Positions 57,313-64,000 of a DNA stretch of 64,000 nucleotides are shown here, one piece after another. Origin of the DNA: Candidatus Omnitrophota bacterium. GTDB lineage: Bacteria > Omnitrophota > Gorgyraeia > 2-01-FULL-45-10. The notes below the pieces were generated by a model. That model did not search any database. It had not been told where the DNA came from and saw only the letters and a program-made list of their open reading frames with translations. The DNA lies in the NCBI GenBank assembly GCA_026387175.1, contig JAPLME010000011.1, positions 1,856-65,855 of the forward strand, read 5' to 3'. The position numbers were made by a program, and so were the translations under genes. Positions within the stretch are counted from its first letter, which is position 1; each line of letters starts with the position of its first letter.

Positions 57313-58439
57313 TGAAGATATCATTTATGCAGAATATTCGTAAGTACACGATGCTTATAGCGCTTATAGGGATATGGCTGATCTTTTCGATCATGACCCA
57401 GGGCGTATTTATAAGCCCGCGCAATCTTTCGAACCTCTTCTTACAGACGGCGGCAGTCGCCATTATCACGATCGGGATGACGCTCGTTATCGTGACACGG
57501 AATATCGACCTGTCGGTAGGTTCCGTTGCCGCGCTCGCCGGAGCCGTAGCCGCGTACCTTAACGTAAGGATGGGCCTTCCCGCCTGGACGGCAATTACGG
57601 CGGCGCTGGTCACCGGCCTGGCGATAGGCGCATGGCACGGTTTCTGGATAGCGTATCGGCTTGTGCCGGCATTTATAGTCACACTGGCCAGCATGATGAT
57701 ATTTCGCGGGGCCGTTCTCGGCATAACAGGCGGAGCGACGATAGCTCCTCTTTCCGCGGGCTTTAAAGGAATAGGCCAGAACTACATATCGCCTCATATA
57801 AGCGTATGGATTGGACTTGCGGTAATTTGCCTGTATGTCATCATCGGCTTCTTTAAGCGGGGAAGAAGAGCAAAAGTCGGTTTTTCGGTGCAGAAATTTC
57901 CGTTCTTCGCGGTCAAGACGGCGGCCGTATGCGCGGCGATCGTCGCGTTCTTCATGATCCTTGTCGAGAATAGAGGCATTCCGTACGCGGTGATACTTGT
58001 AATGGCCCTGGCAGCGTTATTTAATTTCATGTCCCGCCAGACGGTATTCGGCCGTCATCTCTATGCCATCGGAGGCAATCCCGACGCCGCTTCGCTCTCC
58101 GGTATCAATATACAGAAGAGGGTTATGATGCTGTATGTTATATTCGGCGCGCTCACCGCGGTCGGAGGGATGGTCCTTACGGCGCGGTTGAATGCCGCGA
58201 CGACATCCGCCGGACAAGGGATGGAGCTAGATGTAATAGCGGCCGCGGTTATAGGAGGCACAAGTCTCATGGGCGGAGAGGGGACCATATGGGGTTCGGT
58301 GATCGGCGCGCTCATAATGGCGAGCCTCGACAACGGTATGAGCCTGATGGATACCAATATCACTTATCAGTATATAATTAAGGGTATGATACTCCTCTTG
58401 GCGGTATGGGTCGATATAGCTACAAGAAAGAAAACGTGA
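57309..58439 (+). CDS. xylH: Sugar ABC permease, XylH-like
   Basis: IDLSVGS, GRHLYAIGGN..AA.LSGI, ELDVIAAAVIGGTSL.GG.G. Confidence 0.82.
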   Translation: MMKISFMQNIRKYTMLIALIGIWLIFSIMTQGVFISPRNLSNLFLQTAAVAIITIGMTLVIVTRNIDLSVGSVAALAGAVAAYLNVRMGLPAWTAITAALVTGLAIGAWHGFWIAYRLVPAFIVTLASMMIFRGAVLGITGGATIAPLSAGFKGIGQNYISPHISVWIGLAVICLYVIIGFFKRGRRAKVGFSVQKFPFFAVKTAAVCAAIVAFFMILVENRGIPYAVILVMALAALFNFMSRQTVFGRHLYAIGGNPDAASLSGINIQKRVMMLYVIFGALTAVGGMVLTARLNAATTSAGQGMELDVIAAAVIGGTSLMGGEGTIWGSVIGALIMASLDNGMSLMDTNITYQYIIKGMILLLAVWVDIATRKKT

Positions 58440-59176
58440 AGATCTCATTTCTCGGTACGAACGGATGGTATGATACGGCGACAGGCAATACATCATGTGT
58501 CCTGGCCGAGACAGACGCGCATTATATAATCTTCGATGCCGGTTCCGGGTTCCAGAAGGCGAGGGATATCATTACATCGGATAAGCCGGTATTCCTCTTT
58601 ATAAGCCATCTGCACCTCGACCATCTGTTTGGCCTCCATACTTTGCCGCTATTCCGGATTGCGCAAGGCATCGATATATACGCCCCCCGAAATGCCGTTA
58701 AGCTTTTGCACGGATTCCTGAAGAGGCCTTTCACATCACCGCCGTTTCTCCTGAATACGAAATTGCGTTTTCATGCCCTGGAAGGAAGAGAGCGCTTTCC
58801 CTTCGATTTTGAGATGAGAAAACTGCGGCATGCCGTGCCTTGTTACGGCTATAGGATAGGCTTTCGAGGCAGGACAATCGCCTACTGCACGGATACCGGC
58901 GAGTGCCGGAACCTGGGTCGCCTTGCTTCCGAAGCGGACCTGTTGATTACCGAATGCGCGATGGCGCCGGGCGACAAATCGCGGAACTTGTTTCATCTGA
59001 CACCCGAGGCCGCCGCGAAGGCCGCGTTAAACGCTTCGGCAAAAAAATTGGCGCTCTTCCATTTTGATCCGGGTAAATATCCAGCGTTCGAGAATAGAAA
59101 AAAAGCCGAAGACTCCGCAAAGAAGATATTCCCCGGCACGATTGCCGCTAATGACGGCACCGAAATTACCATATGA
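58436..59176 (+). CDS. Metallo-beta-lactamase-fold hydrolase (RNase Z-like)
   Basis: FLGT, DAGSG, SHLHLDH, YCTDT, LFHF. GTG start in a GTGA overlap with xylH. Confidence 0.85.
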   Translation: MKISFLGTNGWYDTATGNTSCVLAETDAHYIIFDAGSGFQKARDIITSDKPVFLFISHLHLDHLFGLHTLPLFRIAQGIDIYAPRNAVKLLHGFLKRPFTSPPFLLNTKLRFHALEGRERFPFDFEMRKLRHAVPCYGYRIGFRGRTIAYCTDTGECRNLGRLASEADLLITECAMAPGDKSRNLFHLTPEAAAKAALNASAKKLALFHFDPGKYPAFENRKKAEDSAKKIFPGTIAANDGTEITI

Positions 59177-59192
59177 TCAATAAGGAAAAGTT

Positions 59193-60815
59193 ATGAAGAA
59201 GGTATTGATTGGCATATCGGTTATCCTGATCGTCGCGTTAGCCGGAATAGGAATATTCGTAGCGACGTTTGATATCGCTCCTTATAAAGGATTTATTATA
59301 TCCCGGCTTGAGCGGATGACTGGCAATAAGGTAGAGATAGGCCGTCTTTCCCTGAAATGGAAGAACGGCATCCTCTTAGGGGTCGAGGATTTCAAGATGT
59401 ATACGAAACCCGTAGGAAACCGGACGGCCTCATTGACATTTGATAGCGCCAATGCCCTGGTGGAGCCGGCGGCCCTCCTGATGCGCAGGGTGCCGATCTC
59501 TTCGTTAGATATATATAATGGAACGATCCGGTTTCAGGATATGGCGACGGAACCCGCATCGGATATCACTATTCGCAAGATCGAGGCTAAAATCAATAAT
59601 ATCTCCGACGCGGGAGCGATGCGTTTTACCGTTAAGATGGCCCCCGTAAGCGCTGACCAGAATATGCTGCTCTCAGGCACCGCAGGCGGCTTTGTTTCAG
59701 GCTCGCCATTTATAAGAGATTGCGATATAAAGGCCGATTTGGCCGCAATCGATCATAACGAACTTGAAAAGGCATTTCCGGTCCTGCAAAAACTGGGGCT
59801 CGCACCAGGCCTCGCCGGCGAGCTGGCAGTTAAGATCAGGGAACTCGAATTTTCGAAAGGTAAGATTTCGAAACTTTCCGCGGATATATCGCTTTCCCGC
59901 GGAAAGATAGTTATAGTGTCGTTAAAAGCGCCTGTGGATAATATAAATTTGTCGGTTTCCGCCGAAGGTAACAGCGCCACCGTAAATTCTTTCTCCGCGG
60001 AGCTCGCCGAAGGCTCTTTAACCCTGAGCGGGAAATCCGACGATATCTTCGTTTTGCCGAAAACAACTTTCCGGGCGGCCGTAGAAGTGCGGGGCGTAAA
60101 ATCTTTCATATCTAAGGTATTGGCGCGGAAGCAGAACATGGACGGCAATATGCGCCTTACGTTCGACGGCTCCATGTCGGGCCTCTCATGGCCGGATATC
60201 TCGAAGACGCTCTCCGGAGGCGGTGAGTTCTATCTGGATAGAGGCGTTGTGATGAATACCAACATTCTGAACCAGACGCTCGGCTCGCTTACACTATTTC
60301 CCGGCCTGAGCGATATGGCCAGGGGGTATGTGCCCGAGCCGATCCAGCAGGCTTTTGCGAATAACGACACTGTGATCGAACCGCTTCGCCAGTCATATAC
60401 GATAGAAGAAGGTTACGTGATGATGCCGAATTTAGACCTACGGACTGATACGTTTGATTTGCGCGGCGAGGCGAAATCCTCGCTGACCGGGGATATTTCA
60501 GGCAGCGGTGTGATACGATTTGCGCAGGATGTCTCAGCCGCTATGCTAAAAGCGGCGCCGGAGATGAAATATATAACGGACAGCCAGGGCATAGTCGAAT
60601 TCCCGCTATCCTTCAAGATCGGCGAAAACGGTTTTAAAGCGATCCCGGACATGAAATACATAGGCACAAAGGTCGCTGTGCAGAAGGCAGGGGATGCTGT
60701 AGCCGGTTTTATTCAAAAGGCATCCGAGAGCTCCGCGGATCCAGGATCCGCCGGCATCTCCTCAGGCAAATTTCCGAAATTGAAAGACCTGATCAAGGGC
60801 CTTAAAGATCAATAA
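59193..60815 (+). CDS. AsmA-family protein
   Basis: N-terminal TM (..ATFDIAPYK..I...LE..TG.KVEIG) and a beta-strand-rich body with AsmA-like C-terminal pattern. Confidence 0.7.
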   Translation: MKKVLIGISVILIVALAGIGIFVATFDIAPYKGFIISRLERMTGNKVEIGRLSLKWKNGILLGVEDFKMYTKPVGNRTASLTFDSANALVEPAALLMRRVPISSLDIYNGTIRFQDMATEPASDITIRKIEAKINNISDAGAMRFTVKMAPVSADQNMLLSGTAGGFVSGSPFIRDCDIKADLAAIDHNELEKAFPVLQKLGLAPGLAGELAVKIRELEFSKGKISKLSADISLSRGKIVIVSLKAPVDNINLSVSAEGNSATVNSFSAELAEGSLTLSGKSDDIFVLPKTTFRAAVEVRGVKSFISKVLARKQNMDGNMRLTFDGSMSGLSWPDISKTLSGGGEFYLDRGVVMNTNILNQTLGSLTLFPGLSDMARGYVPEPIQQAFANNDTVIEPLRQSYTIEEGYVMMPNLDLRTDTFDLRGEAKSSLTGDISGSGVIRFAQDVSAAMLKAAPEMKYITDSQGIVEFPLSFKIGENGFKAIPDMKYIGTKVAVQKAGDAVAGFIQKASESSADPGSAGISSGKFPKLKDLIKGLKDQ

Positions 60816-60825
60816 TGGAGGGATC

Positions 60826-62385
60826 ATGAGGTCAAAGCTGATTTTTATTATATTATGCGCGGCCCTCTCGATCCTGCCGCAGACTTCGATATTTGCCGCC
60901 GCGTCCAAATCGGCCGAAGTGCCCGATATAAAGCGCTTGAAGGCAATTCTCCCGGAATTTGAAACGTATGCCAGGAAAAGCATGGCCGAATGGAAGGTGC
61001 CCGGCATGGCCATAGCGATAGTGAAGGGTAAAGATGTTATTTATGAGAAGGCATTTGGCGTAAAGACGCTCGGTTCAAAGGACCCCGTCACTACCGATAC
61101 TGTCTTTCAGATCGGCTCCACGTCCAAAGCGTTTACCGCTTTGCTGGTCGGGATGCTTGTTGATGAAGGGAAGATCGGATGGGACGACCCGGTAATGAAC
61201 CATCTTAGCGGTTTTGTCATGTACGACCCATGGGTCACGAGGCAGTTTACCGTTACCGATCTTATGGCCCAGCGAAGCGGCATGCCCGAACATGCCGGCG
61301 ATACCGTGGCCACCCTGGGGTTCGACCGCTCTCATGTAATCGACATGATCAGATTTGTAAAACCCGTTACAAGCTTTCGTTCGGCATACGCCTATCAAAA
61401 CGGCCTGTTTCTCGTGGCAGCCGAGCTCGTCAGGAAAGAGACGGGGAAGAGCTGGGAGGATAATGTAAAAGAACGTATTTTTGAGCCGCTGGGAATGAAG
61501 TCCAGTTCGACGGATATGTCATCGCTCAAAAATGGCAAAAATGTCGCTTCTCTTCATCACCTGGCCGGAGATAAGATAGTCATGCTTCCGATGGACTGGA
61601 AATATATGGACTGGGTCTATACCGATGCTCCGGCCGGAGGCATAAATTCAAACGTGAAGGATATCGCGAAGTGGATCTCACTTCAGATGAATGGCGGTTC
61701 ATTCGGTTCGAAGCAGCTGATAAAGGCGGATAGCATAAAGTATATGCAGACGCCGAAGACGATAATCCCTTCTGAAAATGGAAGCCCCCGTCAATATTAT
61801 TGTCAGGGATGGGTCTACCGCGAATATAATCCGTATCCGATCATATGGCATAACGGCGGGACGAGCGGCGCGAAGACGATGATCGCATTTGTTCCTAAAG
61901 CGAAGATAGGCATAGTCGTGCTGTCGAACCTGGACGAGACGTCATTGCCTGAGTCACTTGCGTCGCGTTTCTTCGATATGTATTTCGGCGCCCGCAAGCG
62001 CGACTGGAGTAAGGAGGAGCTTAAGAGAGCTTCCAAATCTCTGGAAGATGAGAGGGCCGCTCTTCCGAAGCCGCCTGCTAAAGAGACGCCGGCATTACCG
62101 GCCGAAAGATACACAGGAAGCTATTCAAATGACATATACGGCACGGTCGCTGTTTCACAGAAAGACGGAGCCCTGATCGTGACCGCCGGGCCAAAGAAGA
62201 CGCATATGGCCTTATCGCATTTTGACCGCGATACTTTTACCGCGTCGTGGAATGTCTATATCGCGCCGGAGTACGCCGGCCTGGTAAGGTTTGATATAGG
62301 ACCGGATGGGTTCGCGGAATCCCTTACAGTGCAGGCGTTCGACGCCGACGGCTGCGGAGTGTTCCGAAAAATAGCCGGTAAATAA
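60826..62385 (+). CDS. Serine hydrolase (beta-lactamase class C family) with C-terminal DUF3471-like domain
   Basis: Signal peptide, FQIGSTSKAF (SxxK), YQN, WHNGG, YTGSYSNDIYG. Confidence 0.88.
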   Translation: MRSKLIFIILCAALSILPQTSIFAAASKSAEVPDIKRLKAILPEFETYARKSMAEWKVPGMAIAIVKGKDVIYEKAFGVKTLGSKDPVTTDTVFQIGSTSKAFTALLVGMLVDEGKIGWDDPVMNHLSGFVMYDPWVTRQFTVTDLMAQRSGMPEHAGDTVATLGFDRSHVIDMIRFVKPVTSFRSAYAYQNGLFLVAAELVRKETGKSWEDNVKERIFEPLGMKSSSTDMSSLKNGKNVASLHHLAGDKIVMLPMDWKYMDWVYTDAPAGGINSNVKDIAKWISLQMNGGSFGSKQLIKADSIKYMQTPKTIIPSENGSPRQYYCQGWVYREYNPYPIIWHNGGTSGAKTMIAFVPKAKIGIVVLSNLDETSLPESLASRFFDMYFGARKRDWSKEELKRASKSLEDERAALPKPPAKETPALPAERYTGSYSNDIYGTVAVSQKDGALIVTAGPKKTHMALSHFDRDTFTASWNVYIAPEYAGLVRFDIGPDGFAESLTVQAFDADGCGVFRKIAGK

Positions 62386-62408
62386 GAGCGGGGGAAAAGC
62401 AATTCCGT

Positions 62409-63170
62409 ATGCTGCAGGACGCTCACATACATCTGCAAGATTGCCCGGAAGAGGCAATTAAGATATCCGCCGGAGCCGCCGGCCACGGGGTGGGCCGTTT
62501 TTTCTGCAATGGCACTTACCCTCGGGATTGGCCCGAAGTTATGAAGCTGGCCGGTTCCCACAGTAACATCATCCCTTTTTTCGGTGTGCATCCATGGCAT
62601 ATCGATAAGACGGTCGAGGGGTGGGATAAGGCGCTTATCGAGTATCTCGCTTTGCCCGGATCGCGCATAGGGGAGATAGGCCTCGACGGCGCTAAGGTAG
62701 ATGTAAGCTTAGTCAGGCAGCGCGAAATCTTTACGCGGCAGCTGGACATAGCGGTTGAATTTAAAAAACCGTTCACCGTACACTGCGTACAGGCATGGGA
62801 CGCTCTTTTGGAAGAGATCAGGATGCGGAAGGATAAAAAGCTCCTTTTTATGGTCCACTGGTTTTCCGGTTCGCCCGAGATAGCGGTCGAACTTATTAAG
62901 CTCGGCGGGTACATCTCATTTTCTCCGCGGCTTCTTTATGAGAGGGCCCTGAAACACCGCGCATCCTTTGACGTAACGCCGGTCGACAGAATTTTACTTG
63001 AGACCGATTATCCATATACTCCGGATTCCGGGTCCGCGGATAAGCCGGATGTGTCAAAATATTTTGAGTGGCTGCGCTCGCTGTATGGCATGGCCGCCCG
63101 GCTCAAAAAGCTGGATGAGGTAACATTCGAGCAAAAGGTATGGGATAATGGGACAGTTTTTTTGCATTGA
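62409..63170 (+). CDS. TatD family hydrolase
   Basis: DAHIH, GVHPW, IGEIGLD, HWFSG, LLETDYP. Confidence 0.9.
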   Translation: MLQDAHIHLQDCPEEAIKISAGAAGHGVGRFFCNGTYPRDWPEVMKLAGSHSNIIPFFGVHPWHIDKTVEGWDKALIEYLALPGSRIGEIGLDGAKVDVSLVRQREIFTRQLDIAVEFKKPFTVHCVQAWDALLEEIRMRKDKKLLFMVHWFSGSPEIAVELIKLGGYISFSPRLLYERALKHRASFDVTPVDRILLETDYPYTPDSGSADKPDVSKYFEWLRSLYGMAARLKKLDEVTFEQKVWDNGTVFLH

Positions 63171-63900
63171 GCTCCTTCTCGGCAAAGACAAGCTCCAGAA
63201 ACTACATAATAGCTCCGTAACGGTCATAGGCATCGGTGCCGTCGGCAGCTACTGTGTCGAAGCATTGGCTCGCGCCGGGGTAGGGGCCTTAAGGCTGGTG
63301 GATTTCGATAAGGTAAAAGCGAGTAACCTGAACCGCCATCTGCTGGCGCTTAAGTCCACTATCGGCAGGCCAAAAGTAGAGCTCGCCAGGGAGAGGGTGC
63401 TTGCGATCAATCCCGCGTGTAAAGTGGAATCGCTGGAGGTTTTTGCCGACGATAAGACGATAGACTCGATACTCGATAACAGGCCGGATATCGTGATAGA
63501 TGCCATAGATTCGCTGGGCCCGAAATCGCAGGTGCTTAAAACCTGCCATATGAAGAATATACCCGTCATCTCGTCAATGGGCGCGGCAACGAGAGTGGAT
63601 CCTTTAGCGATCAGGATAGCGGATCTTCGTGATACGACACACTGCCCTTTGGCAAAACGCCTGAGAATTAAATTAAAGAGAGAGAATATCACGAGCGGAA
63701 TAACCTGCGTCTATTCGGCGGAGACGAGGAACCTATCGGCCATCGGCGGTGAAAACGCTCTCGGGGAAGATGATTACGCGAGAGGGCGGAAGCGGTCAAA
63801 GCTCGGCAGCCTTCCTACGATAACCGGCATATTCGGCCTCGTCATCGCCCATAAGGCCATAGAGACGCTGTGCGGCGGATTCAAAGGAAAAGGAAATTAA
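63148..63900 (+). CDS. tcdA: tRNA threonylcarbamoyladenosine dehydratase (ThiF family)
   Basis: GIGAVGS, DFDKV..SNLNRH, DAIDS, SSMGAA, CPLAK, ITGIFG. Confidence 0.85.
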   Translation: MGQFFCIELLLGKDKLQKLHNSSVTVIGIGAVGSYCVEALARAGVGALRLVDFDKVKASNLNRHLLALKSTIGRPKVELARERVLAINPACKVESLEVFADDKTIDSILDNRPDIVIDAIDSLGPKSQVLKTCHMKNIPVISSMGAATRVDPLAIRIADLRDTTHCPLAKRLRIKLKRENITSGITCVYSAETRNLSAIGGENALGEDDYARGRKRSKLGSLPTITGIFGLVIAHKAIETLCGGFKGKGN

Positions 63901-63915
63901 CATAAGGGGAGTAAG

Positions 63916-64000
63916 ATGAAGAAAATATTCAGCATTATCGCAGCGGTCTTGGGCCTGGTTTTTGCCGGCATGTCGTATGCGCAAGGTAATATCAAAGCAG
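63916..64000 (+). CDS. Start of an exported protein, truncated by the window end
   Basis: AGGGGAG RBS, then MKKIFSIIAAVLGLVFAGMSYA|QGNIKA signal peptide. Confidence 0.7.
   Translation, partial: MKKIFSIIAAVLGLVFAGMSYAQGNIKA

Noticed and set aside
60826-62385. Antibiotic-resistance beta-lactamase
   Set aside because: It has a generic SxxK serine-hydrolase architecture with an extra C-terminal domain, and nothing indicates true AmpC activity.

Overview
Gene-dense bacterial window, almost entirely on the + strand. The organism is diderm (LptF/G, TolC, LamB-type porin, AsmA). The combination of a giant gene, a divergent F-ATPase and a T2SS suggests Candidatus Omnitrophota or another PVC lineage; this is inference, not a marker-gene assignment. 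Positions 1-39972 look like one tightly coupled operon with four parts. (i) The 3' 25 kb of a giant surface protein of more than 8343 aa, open from base 1. It has three ~5.3-kb beta-helix macro-repeats carrying six inserted Asp-box beta-propeller modules, then Ig-like domains and a coiled-coil tail. (ii) An unknown, internally duplicated, membrane-anchored exported protein. (iii) A permuted, trimmed F-type ATPase set (epsilon, b-delta, c, alpha, gamma, beta) with no subunit a. (iv) A T2SS-like inner-membrane/pseudopilus set (GspE with an MshEN motif, F, G, I, J, K, PilM/N-like, PilO-like) with an embedded HEXXH-x18-E metallopeptidase and no secretin. This adhesin + a-less rotary ATPase + pseudopilus unit is the best candidate for an uncharacterised system. 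The rest is housekeeping and transport: YHS protein, phosphoesterase, lptF/G, trxB, tRNA-Phe, NUDIX, RlmI-like, FkbM, TolC/HlyD/ABC exporter, sugar porin + xylFGH-like, MBL hydrolase, AsmA, serine hydrolase, TatD, TcdA. It also holds a 131-bp REP/MITE-like palindrome and a ~460-nt highly base-paired non-coding region. All calls come from motif recognition by eye; no database searches were run.
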